A DNA stretch of 64,000 nucleotides from Leptogorgia sarmentosa (GCA_964658305.1 OZ210885.1:13578001-13642000), one strand, 5' to 3'. Counted from the stretch's first letter, positions 24,967-40,400 are shown. Translations and numbers: made by a program. Notes: generated by a model not told the origin, from the letters alone.

Positions 24967-27900
24967 TACAATTCAATTGCATGCTATCAGATTTAATCTC
25001 AGTCTTGTATTAAGTAACAGTGAATGTTTTATATGCTACAAAGAATGTATCAACCTTTACAGACTGAAATGTGGCAATCATATACTATAGTTTTTAATGA
25101 AACTTGTAACAACCTAATTAGTCAAGAACAGCAAACTTGCTGACAGCGCTACAGACTGAGCGTTGCTAAGTTGCAGTTACATCGCTGAAAACCTGAAAGC
25201 AATAAAGGTCCACCTCTTGTTTGGTCCCTGGTTATTGCATGTTCAAGTCTGTATTGAATAAGCCCGAAGTGAGGATGGAGGCTGCTTTGTTTGGCAATGC
25301 TCAATTCAATTTAGGATTTTCAACAAATCGTGCCAAGTAGCGCTGTATGCATGACATGTCAGCGATTGAACACGCACCAGTCACATGTATGTTCACCATG
25401 ATATAACCACCCAAGAATCAGTTACAGGTAGTAATGAAAAGCTTCAAGCATTTAATAAATATAATGATTTATGACCTCAGCTTTTATAAAGGGATCCAAA
25501 TCTTGTCTAGTTTTATCAGTATCTTGTCTGAATAAATTAGGTTTAATTTACAAACATGTACAAGCGCTCTTGCATGGCAAATATATTAGATAAAGTAAGT
25601 GGTGATATGAGGAGTTTATGTGCAATACAAGGCTCACGAAATCACAGATAATTAAAAGTAAGATCGACATAGAACACCCTCACATAACCTGAGACGATAT
25701 TACACGAATGGTAGAAGCGTAAAGGCTTGTTTGTTTGTCATTGTGTTGCAACGTCATCAGATGGATATTGTGCCTTGAAACGAAATTTGTAATATGGCAT
25801 TTTGATACGTTATTGTGCAAACTGGAAAAAGTTTCAAAACTTTTATTAGTACTCACCGAATTTTGAATTCGCAATGATGTTAAAAGGGCAAACGCTTCTG
25901 TATTCAACTTGTTCGATAAATGTCGTCACATCTCGAGAACGTTCCAGCAATTGTGTTCGCAGTTTTCACTTGAATAATGCTGGGTCGAAGAACAATATAA
26001 CAGGAAGACACTCATGTCACAAGTTGCGTGGGAGAAAAGAGTAGCAATGATTAGTTCAGGTTGAACAGAATTAGATTAGAGATTATTCAATTGCATATTC
26101 ACTGGATTTAATATTTAGCTATTATTTAAAAGCGATGTCTGAACGACCAATAGAAACTTGCCGTATGATGTAAAATACCAAAATATGGTTCGTTTTTGAT
26201 ACGAGTGCGTAGCTGTAAAGAAACGCACAATACAACACAACTTGTGTTGTCAGTAAATGAAATTGTTTTTAACCCTTCATGAATTTAATGTCATCTGGTT
26301 GCATTGTCCCTATTCTTGCGAAAAATAATTATCATATGAATGTAAAATTAATTAAAGGCAGTTCGCATATGAAATTTCGCAAAGATTTTGGCAGTTAAAT
26401 ACACATCACTGAGAGGTAGATGTTACCGTGATTTTCAACCATAAGTAATGTGTTAGAGAGGGAAAGAGTTTTCTAGATATACACGTGAGAATTTTAAAAC
26501 GAAAGAACCCCACAGTTCAAAAAACTGTTTTAAAGAACCCCACAGTTCGGAAAAGTGTTTTGAAATAATTATTTTTATATCTCCTCTGCACGACAAATTG
26601 CTTTGGGTTCATTTCAATGTATTGAATTTTGTCATCCCGTGGTATTGAGATTCTGCCAAGGCCATTCACACGATAAGATTTGTATTATAGCGTATGGAAT
26701 GCAAGCAGTAAACATGCGTGAATACAATGAAATGCCGTCGTAACGTAATCAACAGGTAATGAGAGATCACCACTCTTTTCCATAAGTCAGAACACTAATC
26801 GTATAAGATATTCGCATCTTGTGGATGGGCCTTTATAAATTTATTTCAGTGCAGCTACAATTTTTATAGCATGATATTGAGATTGCATGTGTTATCTGTC
26901 TTGGGACATTCGGTCCATATTGCACTATATTAGACAAAAAATATGCATGTAGTACACTGGAGGGCCGAGGGCATAATAAACAATCGCAAAAACGTCCGCT
27001 ATAATACAATTTACATGCATGCTATCAGTCGATTTAATCTCAGTCTTGTATTAATTAATTAACAGTGAATGTTTTATGCTGGAAAGAATGTATCAACTTT
27101 TACGGACTGACATGTTGCCAATCATATCCTATAATTTTTAATGAAACTTGTAAATAAACTTGAGTGAGGTATACACTGCTAGTATTGAAGTTTGCTTTCG
27201 TATGAATTTGAAGACTTCGTCGCAACCTAATTAGTCAAGAACAGCAAATTTGCTAACAGCGCTACAGACTGAGCGTTGCTAAGTTGCAGTTATATCGCTG
27301 AAAACCTGAAAGCAATAAAGGTCCACCTGTTGTTTGGTCCCTGGTTATTGCATGCTCAAGTCTGTATTGAATAAGCCCGAAGTGAGGATGGAGGCTGCTT
27401 TTTTTGGCAATGCTCAATTCAATTTAGGATTTTCAACAAATCGTGCCAAGTAGCGCTGTATGCATGACATGTCAGCGATTGAACACGCACCAGTCATATG
27501 TATGTTCACCATGATATAACCACCCAAGAATCAGTACAGATAGTAATGAAAAGCTTTAAAGCATTTAATAAATAATGATTCAAGACCTCAGCTTTTATTA
27601 AAAGATCAAAATCTTGTCTAGTTTTATCAGTATCTTGTCTGAATAAATTAAGTTTAATTTACAAACAAGCGCTCTTGCATGACAAATATCTTAGATAAAC
27701 TAAGTGGTGATATGAGGAGTTTATGTGTAATACAAGGCTCACGAGATCACAGATAATTAAAAGTAAGAGCGAAATAGAACACCCTCACATAACCTGAGAC
27801 GATTTTACACGAATGGTAGAAGCGTAAAGGCATGTTTGTTTGTCATTGTGTTGCAACGTCATCAGATGGATATTGTGCTTTGAAAGGAAATTTGTAATAT

Positions 27901-29158
27901 GGGATTCTGTAACGTTATTGTGCAAACTGGAAATAGTCTCAAAACTTTTATTATTACTCACCAAATGTTGAATTCGCAATAATGTTAAAAAGGGCAAACG
28001 CTTCTGTATTCAACTTGTCGTCACATATCGAGAACGTTCCAGCAATTTTGTTTGCGGGTTTCACTCGAATAATGCTGGGTCGAAGAACAATATAACAGGA
28101 AGACACTCATGTCACAAGTTGCGTGGGAGCAAAGAGCAGCAATGATTACTTCAGGTTGAACAGAATTAGATTTAGAGATTATTGAATTGTATAATATTAG
28201 CTGGATTTAATATTTAGCTCTTATTCAAAAGCGATGTCTGAACGACCAATAGAAACTTGCCGTATGAAGTAAAATACCAAAATATGGTTCGTTTTTGATG
28301 AGTTCGTAGCTTTACAGAAACGCACAATACGACACAACTTGTGTTGTCACTAAGTGAAATTGTTTTTAATCCGTCATGAATTTAAAATCATCGGGTGGCA
28401 TTGTCCCTGTTCTTGGGAAATATAATTATCATATGAATGTAAAATTAAAGCCAGTTCGCATATGAAATTTCGCAAAGATTTTGACAGTTAAATACCATGG
28501 ATCACAGTGAAGTAGATGTTACCGTGGTTTTCAAGCATAAGTCGTGTGTTACAGAGGGAAAGAGTTTTGTAGATATACACGTGAGAATATTAAAACGAAA
28601 GCACATATCCTACATTCCTTTGAAGAACCCCACAGTTTGTTTTTTTAAATATTTTTAATATCTCCACTGCACGACAAGACTTAGTTGCTTTGGGTTCATT
28701 TCAATGTATTGAATTTTGTCATCCCGTGGTATTGAGATTCTTCCAAGGCCATTTACACGATAACATTTGTATTATAGCGTCTGGAATGCATGCAGTAAAC
28801 ATGCGTGAATACAATGAAATGCCGTCGTAACGTAATCAACAGGGAATGAGACATCACCACTCATTTCCATAAGTCAGAATACGAATCGTATAAGATATTC
28901 GCATCGTGTGGATGGGCCTTTATATAGGTTTACTTTAGTGTACTAACTAAAATTTTATAGCATGATATTGAGATTGCATATGTGTTATCTGTCTTGGGAC
29001 ATTCGGTCCATATTGCACTATATTAGACAAACAATACGCATATATAGTACACTGAAAGGCATAATAGACAGTCACAAAAACGTCCGCTATAATACAATTT
29101 ACTTGCACGCTGTCAGTCAATTTAATCTCAGCGGTCGGACAATGAATGTTTTATGTTA

Positions 29159-29476
29159 GAGGCTGTTTATATGATCCCGCTTACCTAGGATTCAATGAGG
29201 CGTTAAATGATTTTGAGGTATTGGAAAGTGTCCTACTTAATGATTTGAAGAAAATGTTGAATTCTTGATTGCTTAAGATTTTGTTCTGCTGAAATGTCGT
29301 ACATATAAAATGTTGTTGGGCATTGATACTTTGGTAAAATATATCTTTTCTATTGATCAGTACTAGAAGTGACCTAACTTTGGTTGTTTCGTTTTACAAA
29401 ATGACTCATTTCAATACCTCAAAATCATTTTACGCTTCGTTAAATCTCGGGTAAGCGGGATCATATAAACAGGCCC
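29159..29476. mobile_element. PIF/Harbinger-type MITE
   Basis: TIR ..CTGTTTATATGATCCCGCTTACC with TTA TSD. Confidence 0.85.
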
Positions 29477-30182
29477 TTAGAGGCAATCTATCAATCTATC
29501 GCTGAAAACCTGAAAGCGATAAAGGTCCACCTGTTGTTTGGTCCCTGGTTATTGCATGCTCAAGTCTGTATTGAATGAGCCCGAAGTGAGGATGGAGGCT
29601 GCTTTGTTTGGCAATGCTCAATTCAATTTAGGTTTCAACAAATCGTGCCAAGTAGCGCTGTATGCATGACATGTCAGCGATTGAACACGCATCAGTCACA
29701 TGTATGTTCACCATGATATAACCACCAAAGAATCAGTACAGATAGTAATGAAAAGCTTTAAAGCATTTAATAAATAATGATTCATGACCTCAGCTTTTAT
29801 AAAAAGATCAAAATCTTGTCTAGTTTTATCAGTATCTTGTCTGAATAAATTAAGTTTAATTTACAAACAAGCGCTCTTGCATGACAAATACCTTAGATAA
29901 AGTAAGTGGTGATATGAGGAGTTTATGTGTAATACAAGGCTCACGAAATCACAGATAATTAAAAGTAAGAGCGACATAGAACACCCTCACATAACCTGAA
30001 ACGATATTACACGAATGGTAGAAGCGTAAATGCATGTTTGTTTGTCATTGTGTTGCAACGTCATCAGATGGATATTGTGCTTTGAAAGGAAATTTGTAAT
30101 ATTGCATTTATTGTGCAAACTGAAAATAGTTTCAAAAACTTTTATTAGTACTCACCGAATGTTGAATTCGCAATGATGTTAA

Positions 30183-30428
30183 TCTGCCGACAGTCGAGCA
30201 CCTCAATAATAGTCGAACACCTCATTCACTCGTATTCAGCAACTCAACAGCGCTTAACACTAACCCAAACCCCATTACTAACCCTAACTTTAAACATTGA
30301 CAAAATAAAATGCGTATTTTGAAAAAAATAGTTGAAAAATTATTATTATGCTTATTTCTAATGCCACTGCTGTTCATGTAATACAGTGAGGTGTCCGACC
30401 ATCTTGGAGGTGTCCGACCGTCGACGGA
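30183..30428. mobile_element. Small element with imperfect TIRs and internal TAACCC-like repeats
   Basis: TCTGCCGACAGTCGAGCACCTC versus reverse complement TCCGTCGACGGTCGGACACCTC; it lies exactly where the third tandem unit stops. Confidence 0.55.
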
Positions 30429-31669
30429 ATCGAAATAAGCATCGCGGACTATTATAAGTATGTCATAAACGTTTATGTTAATTTGTATGCACTTTAGCTT
30501 TAATTTTCTCAGTTTAGATGAAGTTATAATTTTGAAAATTTAACTCATAAACATGGCTCGCTTTTTAAGAATGTAGTCGAGTTTTATCAGATCCCCTCCT
30601 ACGTTTGCTTTATATAAAATAACTGATACTTGAATATTTGTGATGTCCTCGTAGAGTGCGACAAATATATGTAAATGATAACAAATAAGAATAAAACATG
30701 ATATTGTCAGTTTGAAAAACAAACTAAAGCAATAACATGATAAATAATCACCTTTGTCGACGCTCACTTCAATTTGGTGAATCTTGACGATATTTTAAAA
30801 TACAACCATCAATTCACACAACAATATTGCGCTTCGAGTTCCCTCATCTGCAAGACAGGAAAATTAATCATCTTTATTTTTCTATACATAATATACCTTG
30901 AATAACAACTGAAGATTGTTCTAGACTTAAGTGATTTAAAATGACCAACAGTGTTTCAATACACCATGCAGGGAAGGCTTTTGTTGTGTTTCCGCCACTT
31001 TTATAACATATTATAATTACATCAAGTTCATTAATAATCCCCTACCGTTAAAAGGTTGACACAAATATGATTAAGTCTAACATTGTTCATGTACTTTTGT
31101 ATAGAACATGCATATACCCATTATATTGGCATAGAGCGAACGAATAGCAATAGAATTATGTTGTCGCACATCCATAGGACAATGTGCTGAATGTTGGATC
31201 TTATTTAGTACTCTTCGGATGCAGTTTAGCTTGAGTTATGGAAGGAATACAGTAATAAACCACAGAACAATTAATTCAATAAAATCACCAAAATGGTATT
31301 TCCCTGAATGAACTTTCACATTCGAGTTAAATAACTCTTCAATCCGCAGTATACCTATAGCTATATTTTTTTATTTTCGTAAATTATTTGTTGATAATGA
31401 TTTCACCAGATTTAGTAATCACACCATTCAAATAATAATACCCAGACACAAAGCGACGTTTGATTATGCTTTCGCCTTTCACAATTTTCATTTTTATTGC
31501 ATCCGACAGAACAGGATAGGGTTAGAGCTTGGGTTAGCTAGGGTTAGGACTAGGGAGAGGTTCTGATTAGGTTGAAACGACAACCACGACTATGCTGAAA
31601 TATGATCACAAAGATGACGCACCATGCATTGCTTGGATAATTATATCACACAATTCAAAGAATGCTCTT

Positions 31670-34600
31670 GAAAAAACTCTGTGAGTAAGAAACCTTGTGG
31701 CCTCAATAAATACTCTTTCGAAACCAGAGCAAGATATATTGCGGGTACGGCCATATGCATGATGTTTTAATTTGCAATACCAAATCTGATATGCATGAAT
31801 TGATTTGGCGCTGTAGAACAACACACATTTAATTGATTAAATTTAGGTTCAATAATTGACATTTGACAACATTAACATGGGAATGTCTTGAAAATTTGCT
31901 TATTTGAGTTATTTCAATTTATGTGTAATTTGGGAGAAATGGCTTTGTAATTAGCTACTTCTGATCACAATTAGTAGCATTCATACTATCTACACGTAAT
32001 GAATACTGTAGATATATTATTGTAATGACAACTTATATTGCCTTTTATATTTCACTATTTGATTGTATCTTTTCACTACTTCACGTAAATAGTTCTAATA
32101 TATTTGTTTTAGCAATTACGATACTTATTATATCCCATATCATATAGCTATAAATGATTCTCGTGATACCTAGGCACCTTACCTAAAAGTCCAATAGGAA
32201 TTCCAAAGGTCCCTAGCCCGTTATTACTTTGTTTATTTTTATCGTTTTGTGGGCAAATAAAACTTCAAACTTCAAATACACTAAAATTGTATTACGCTTC
32301 TACATTGAATTAATCAAATAATCACATTTTTAAAATACTTCCATGATAGCAAAACACAAGGGGAGTTGTCATTTTTTCCCGCCTCTTCAAACTCCATTTT
32401 TGTGGCATCAGTTATATCGGAATTAGGAACATGTTCTGATCAAATTTAAACCAGAACATTCACCATTGAACATTTACCATATATTGAAATGTGATTGAGA
32501 TAATATATAATTTGCTTTGCAACAACAATATTGTTCCGGTATGATTGAGTGAATAATAGCATACCATGTATCATGCAGAGAGTTTTTTACCCCGCAATTT
32601 CTTTAGATACCGCGTACAGATATACGTAGGTCGGCACAAGCCATGGAGTGCGATTGTGGCTTCATATACTGGAATTTTCCGAGCAATTCTGAACTGGATA
32701 TTTATCTTGTCTTACTATTCGCTTAACACCAGAATTTTTAGCCATGCGGCCTGAAATGATCAAATCCCCCCTCTGGGCCCTCAATTCAAAGTCATGTAAC
32801 ATTTATCATTGATTGGAAGTTTTGGAAGTATCCCATTTGATCAGTTTTTTTCAGTATTTTTACACCAAAAATTGATCAATGTAAACCTTGTTTATAAGCA
32901 TATATTAGAAAAAACTCTGTGTGCACGCGCGCTGTAACAAAAAATCTTGTTGCCTCAATAAATACTCTTTTGTAACCAGAGCAAGATATATTGCGGGTAT
33001 TGCCAGATCCATGATGTTTTAACTTGCAATAACAATTGATATACATGAATTGATTTACCTTTCAAATGGCTTGCAAACAACAAAATACAGTCAAATGTAA
33101 TAGGGAGATGTTATACTATCGTCTGCAAGACACAACAATTTCATTGAAACCCAAAATTCACATGCAGCATTGATTTTGTATACCAAACCCAACACACAAG
33201 TTGTATGCTAATTTTGAATAGGCCAATAAATTCATAATTTGTAGCTACGTTTTGGTTTAAGCAATTAATAATGAATTCAACATTGCGTTACTGCCGTGCC
33301 AAACTAAATTTGTGACTTGTTGAATTCGACTATGAAGGGACCATTAGTAATTAAAACAACATTTCCATATGAAACATGGATATGGCCATACAGCCTTAGA
33401 GCGAAAAAGAGCTTATACACATAGCTAACACACTGTGCTGCATGAATCTTAGTTCTTGTTATTCTGGATCAATGGCGCTGTAGAACAACACACATTTAAT
33501 TGATTAAATTTAGGTTCAATTATTGACAACATTAATATGCGAATGTCTTGAAACATTTGCTGATTTAAATTTAAATGTAATTTGGGATAAACGTCTTTGT
33601 TAACTAGCTACTTCTGATCACAATTGTGTAGCATTCATAGTTCAGATTGAATTATTAATACATGCATGAAACTACAATACTTACTATCTAAACGTAATTA
33701 ATACTGTAAATATATTATTGTAATGACAACTTACATCGCCTTTTATTGTATCTTTTCACTACTTCATGTAAATAGTTCTAATATATTATACGTACGCTGT
33801 TATATATTTGTTTTAGCAATTACGATAGCTACTTATTATATCCCATGTCATATGGCCTTACCTAAAAGTCCAATAGGATTTCCAAAGGCCCTATCCCATT
33901 ATTACTTTGTAAATAGTGTAAATAATTTTGCATTTTTATCACTTTGTGGGCAAATAAAACTTCAAAATACACTAAAATTGTGTTACGCCTCAACATTCAA
34001 CTTATATAATGATCACATTTTTGAAATACTTCCATGATTGCAAAACACAAAGGGAGTTGTCATTTTTCTCCCGCATCCTCAAATTCCATTTTTATTGCAT
34101 CAGTTAGATCGGAATTATGAACAGGTTCTAATCAGATTTAAACCGGAACATTTACCACAGTTATATTGAAATGTGAATTCGAATATGATTGAGAAAAATT
34201 ATGGAGTATTTCTTTAGTACAGCATTTTCCAAGCATGCCTACGTATTTGTAAAATGTTCACAGTGTGCGGTATAGCTGAAGCTAAATCACTGTGAATCAA
34301 AGGATATGAAAACTTTGAATTGGGCAACTAATTTATAAATATATATACTCTTTAAAAAGTGAAGATCTTACAAACTCGGATCACAAATTGTATATATACA
34401 AATAAGACTGCATGTACATCGATATTTAATAACATACAGACATTATCATATTATGATATTGTCATATTCCAATTACGATTATTTTACCTTTTAAATCGCT
34501 TGCTTCAATTCCGTTAATATAAACCAAAAGAGCTTTAATATCAAGGAACAATCCGTGTTAATACTTCGATTTTATACTCGATCAACATAGAGACAAAAAT

Positions 34601-35065
34601 ATATCTCACTGGCATCAAACTGTCTGAAGTTCACAGGGTTCTGTGATAATTTAAATATATAATTTACTTTACAATAACACAATATATTGGTCCGGTGTGA
34701 TTGAGTGATCGTGAATAATAGCAAACCATGTATCATGCAGTGAGTTTTTTACCCCGCAATTTCTTTAGTTACCTCTTACAGATATACGTAGGTCGGCACA
34801 AGCCATGGAGCGCGATTGTGGCTTCATATACTGGAATCTTCCGAGCAATTCTGAACTGAACATTTATCTTGTCTTACTATTCGCTCAACACCAGAATTCT
34901 TAACAATGCGGCCTGAAATGATCAATCCCCCCTCTGGGCCCTCAATTCAAAGTATGTAACATTTATCATTGATTGGAAGGTTTGGAAGTATACTATTTGA
35001 TCTTTTTTTCAGTATTTTTACACCAAAGATTGATCAAGGTAAACCTTGGTTATAAGCATATTAGA
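31670..35065. repeat. Tandem duplication (about 31670-32908 and 32909-35065, with indels)
   Basis: Shared blocks such as CCTCAATAAATACTCTTT, GGCGCTGTAGAACAACACAC and CAGATATACGTAGGTCGGCACAAGCC. Confidence 0.9.
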
Positions 35066-35177
35066 CATGGGAGCAAAAAAATTAGCTCAGAATAAATAAA
35101 ATTGATATGTATCACATCTGACGCTCTTTACATTTGATATTTTGTAATACTTACAAAATGCGCTGCGTTCTAAATTA

Positions 35178-35330
35178 TCTGTAAAACCCGGAACGGGGAA
35201 TCGGGGAACGGAACGAGGAACGAGAAAACCCGGAACATGAAAAGCGGGAATCTGTAAAACCCGGAACATGAAATGCCGGAATCTGTAAAACCCGCAACAT
35301 GAAAAGCCGGAATCTGTAAAACCCGGAACG
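35178..35330. repeat. 31-bp tandem repeats (AATCTGTAAAACCCGGAACATGAAANGCCGG), probably transposon subterminal repeats
   Basis: Units start at 35249, 35280 and 35311, with partial copies upstream. Confidence 0.75.
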
Positions 35331-37060
35331 AGGTTTTACGGCAAAATGAGCATGTTTATGTTACACAGTCTCTCATGTAAAAATAATGTAAAATGCACTT
35401 TTGACTGAACTTGTTATGCAATCTAACAAATAGATAAAAAAAATTGAAACATTTTCGCAACATTCGCAACGAAACCAGGGCAAGCACTTAGGAATAATTT
35501 TCTTTCATTTATGTACGAATGCACTTTAGCAAAAACTTCTAATTTATCCGGTTTTCGTGCTCTATGATATTTTACACACTGCAATAAAAATCTGTCGGAC
35601 TTGCCGGACGACCCGTAGACCTTCGATTTAGGTACAAACGATAATACTATGAATCATATATGACCCTAACATATACTCACATAGTCAGAGAGATAGAAGA
35701 GAAAGGAAAACGCAGCCTAATTAGTACTGTCGAAAGGTCTTAATCCTGATTTATAAATTCATAGATTTAGTATACACAGGGTTATAGTAAATGTACATAA
35801 TGTTTCTGCCAGACCAGGTCACTGAACTTGAGCAGCATGCTATATTTCTACGGTTTCGAAGTTACCATCTCAAGAAGGATCGAAGTGGGCTGTGTGCTAA
35901 GACAGCCGAGTGTATCAAATTTTAGAAAATTGGATTATATTTTATAGTGACGTTGGACGTTGGTTCGAATGATGAATTAAATTACCGAGAAATGACAGTA
36001 AATTTTATAAATTAATATATGCACAACGCAGACGTATATCAGTGTTTGAAAAGCTGCGATACATAAACGCGGAACTTTATGGACTTATGGAGGTCGAGGT
36101 AGGCTTAGGAAATGAGCCAGACTAGAAGATTTAGCAGTTCCACTTATAAATGAATAACGTGATTGATAGAGACGACATTGAATGAGTGGTTATTTTCCAT
36201 CCCTAAGTGCAGCTATTGGAGTGAGCATTCATGTTGCCTTAAAGACGTTTTATGCGCTTCATGTAATTCAAAACATTTCGGTTGCTAGCTCGCTGTGTCA
36301 ATCTAGCACATTATAAACACAATTCGTATCAAATATCATTATTTCATTTCATATGTGTCGCGGCTTCAAAGAAATGTTCCCAATGCGATTTTTTCATAAC
36401 AACTACGGCCTCATTCTTTTGGACACCACTACATTTATTACAATCACCAAAACATTTATTACATCGTTTTTCTGTTTTGCTTTATCTCACATCACTGAAA
36501 AGATCGTAGCTACAATAATATCCAACATACTTGACCTTCAAAATCCAAACTATTTTCTACAAACGCATCTGAGCCCATGACCTAGAGTGGGCTGTAGCTT
36601 CCTCAATTTTTTGCTGGGTTATAATATGCTATTTATACTGGAGAGATTCTTGCTAATCAAGTGCTTGCATTAAGGTTAGCTCAGGAGTTAAGATTGCGCA
36701 ATTAGTTATTGGTTGATTGAGAAGGCTGTATCAGGCCATATTGCAGTTGAATGGTCTAACTGAGCATTCTGGATGGGGTGTGAAACTTTTCCCCACACAT
36801 TTGATGCGGCACAAAATATTTTGACAACCAATTGATGGGGTACAAAATCTTCAACAAGAACTAATATAGTAATATTAAAAATACTTCGACTGCATCAACT
36901 ACGGTGTGGTCCTCAAGATCTGTCACTCATTTGTTGTCACTATTTTGTAAATTTAAATAAATATAAATTTACATTTCTACAATATATAAAATGTGCTATA
37001 GCTACAAAAGAGTATAACCTTCAGTACACAGGTGTTAAATTTAATGACAACAGACTTATA

Positions 37061-37443
37061 CAGACCTGCCAAGGTGGGCTAACGAAAATGAGTGAAACTT
37101 GTCAATGACATTTGTATGGTTTGTGAATTTGGGGCTATTAATTACTTTTTCGAGATTACACTTGCTGGCGAAGGAATAGAGCGGTAACAACAACTCAAAT
37201 AACAACTGTATGTATCCTAGTATAGGCAAAATGCCTACTGATCTATAGTGTCAAAGAGTTATTTTTCTCACTTCTGTACGTCTATTACTCTAGTACATCT
37301 GATGAAAAGTGGGTTAGCGTCATAAACTGGTAAAAATGCGTCATGCGTGACTTTAAGAGTATTTTCGCAATGCGTGTGGGACAGCGTGACCAAAAGCAGA
37401 ATGCGTGACTTTCACGCGAAATGCGTGAAACTTGGCAGGTCCG
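37061..37443. mobile_element. MITE with 13-bp TIRs and an apparent 6-bp TSD
   Basis: CTTATA-CAGACCTGCCAAG...CTTGGCAGGTCCG-CTTATA; subterminal ATGCGTGA repeats. Confidence 0.7.
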
Positions 37444-40400
37444 CTTATATCAATACTTTGATATATTAAACAACACTTGACTGTGCTTCAAACATTATCC
37501 ATAAATCTGAATTTTAAAAATAGAAATGGATAGTACTAGGCTGTCGGAAGTAAATCAATTTGGGGGGGGGGGGCTCAAGAATTTTGCTTTACATACAAAT
37601 GGAATACAATGGCGGGCTCTGAATTTTATGTGAGACATGGATCTGTAGTAACGAAAATGTTGCCAAGTACTGTAAGTACACTATGACTGTTGTATTTATA
37701 CATATTTCGATATTTAAAATTTTAGTGCATGGCCTATCGGGTACGAAATATTTTAGTCATATTTGAATGGGGCTCGAAATTTTTCCCTTACGTTTGTGAG
37801 GGTTGTCAAATTTGTTTAAAAAATCAGGGGCTACCCTCCAGCCCGGGGTTGTAGATACTTTATGACCGGTCCCTTTCCGATCAAGAATGCCACACAAAAT
37901 TGTTTATGCTGAGCAGGTTTCGCGTTATATTTTGCACGATACTATCTATACTGATCCACAGTGAATGTGCAGAAATTAAAAATCATATTCTGGTATATCA
38001 GATGAAGTTTAAGTTGTATGCAGCTGTAGACAGGTGTAGTTAGGATAAAAATTTAGAGATTCTAATGAGGGTAGTATCGCATAGCTCTTGGCTACTAGAC
38101 TGTGATTAATCTCCAATTTGATTTTGAACCTCCAAGATTATATTTTAGAGCAGAGGTCTTAGTGAAATGTGGGCAACTGTGATGTATTTAGTGAAATAAA
38201 GGCAGCAAAAGTCATAACTCTACCTGAATTTCACAAACGACATTTTAACATTTTAAGCCTTAGATAGATGTGTTACCGTCATTTTCTCTTTGTATACAAT
38301 ATGGTTATAAAATATGTTTGACTTTCACGTCTGATGGTAGCACGATAGAGAAATCGAAGTGACATATTGATAGAAACTAAAGGAAAATTCAAGGAATTTT
38401 AAAACTTTTTTCCAAGGCATTCTCAAGTTCTCGCAGGCTGAATTTTAATCTGCCGGAAATTGAAAGGGATTTCCCCTTTTCTCAAGCCATGTTCTGATTA
38501 CACTCAGAGTTTTAATATTTTAGCCAGTCTGTGCTTTATTGTAGCAGTGAGTTTCATGTATTTCGTTCTCTGTCAATATAATCGCAATCATACTACATTG
38601 ACGAGTAATTGAAAGCGGGACAGGGATAACAAACGAGGTGAGTTTGATTTAAATGTCTAGTAAACCAAAGAAATTCCCGTAGTATTTCCCGTCACAGAGC
38701 TGCGAAGATGCCGTGTGTTAGGAAAGCAATATACCCGTTGAAAAGAAAATACGTTAAACATGAACGACACAAATGACGGAACAAATATATTCAACCGTAA
38801 TAAGTTTACAAATAGGTATAATATGCTCGAAATAATGAACGAACTGCGAAGGACCAAAGCCGGAAGCTAAATCCTCATGCTGTACGTTTATATTTTGCCA
38901 TACATGATTGTATTGATTGCCATTTCAAGCGAGTTTATATCCCTATCAGAATTTATTTGCTGAAAACTCCACCAAAACCTAAAAGTTTTCGCTCTGTTAA
39001 CACGGAATTGTTCAATACTGATATTACTAATGCTAATAGAAATTGCTCATGAGGGGAATATGGCTTACTAAGGAAGATTTGCTTACAAATATTTATAGCT
39101 GCATTTCATATGATAAGGTTACAATCATGATTTAATGTTAGTGAAATAATATCAGTAACTACGTAGGCTAAAATTCACCTTCTCATGAAACAGGGTGTTC
39201 ATAACAGTATATACTGTGTCACTTTGGTGAATTCAGTGGCTAATTTTGTCCCCTTCATTAATTATTTTTCCTACAGCTTCTCTAAGGCATTCAGCCCATT
39301 CCATACACATTTCTTGGCAGTGACTGCGGAGCATACATTAATAAATGATATAGAAACTCTAACCCTATCATCATTGACTTTATACTGTAGTACAGCATGC
39401 ATCAAGTTGTATATTGCATCAGTAGTTTGTGACCTAGCTGGTGATTCCTAGCATGGCACATAAGTCCAGAGCATTCCCTGTTACACAGGGCCTTCACTTG
39501 CTCTAAAAACACCACCAAAACCTCTAGCTTTTGCTCTGCTAACCCACATTCTTTCAGTTCAATTATACTATGCTTAATATAAATTTTGTTAACTTGTGAA
39601 GACAATTCTATTATTTGCCCAGCAAACAAGTTTTGTGTTACATATATTTATAGCTGTTTTATATTACAAGAATTCAATCATGTTTTGATGTTACAAGGAT
39701 GTCAATCTCCATCAAAAAGTAAAAACTACACAACCAGAAATTTGACAAAAAAGACATTTTGGAGCATTTTAATACATTGCAGCAACTGTCCCAGCATGTG
39801 TATAATTTTTACTCAATATTAAGACACATTAACTCCCATAAAAAATTTTCACATTGAGTGAAGTTCTATAAAACCATATTGATTTACATACTGATGTTAT
39901 ATTTCTGCAAATTTCAAGTGTCACAATTGAATTTAGAGTGTTTTTACCTCAGATTTAGATCAGATCTACATATTTCATTTGTGTTTCGAAATCATAAGGC
40001 TAATAAGGGATTGGATTAGATTTGACTACATCAATCTGAATTGAGTTACAACTCATTCTGGATTCAATTTTGATTTTGATTTCAATCTGGATGGATTGAA
40101 TTGCTGATTGAAAATAATGCATTGAATGTGAAATCCTAATTTTATTGCAGAAAGAATATGACTGGGCCTGAAACTGCAAAACAAATCATGCATGTTTTTT
40201 GCCCACATGTTTTCATTCCTTAAATTCCATTTTGCATGTACATAAACTGTCAAACTAGACATGAGTTTCTTTCTGCCACTTACTGGAAAAATCCCCCTGC
40301 CTCGAACTCGCACATTTTACTTTAATTTTCATTGTCAGATTTGTTAGCTTATGATAAGTTTATAAACTGTTTTAATCTATAAAACCTGACTGTCAGGAAT

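Larger units (their letters stand above)
24340..30182. repeat. Tandem triplication of an about 2.1-kb non-coding unit (third copy partial)
   Basis: ATCGCTGAAAACCTGAAAGC... recurs near 25181, 27294 and 29497; units start near 24343, 26969 and 29057. Confidence 0.92.
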
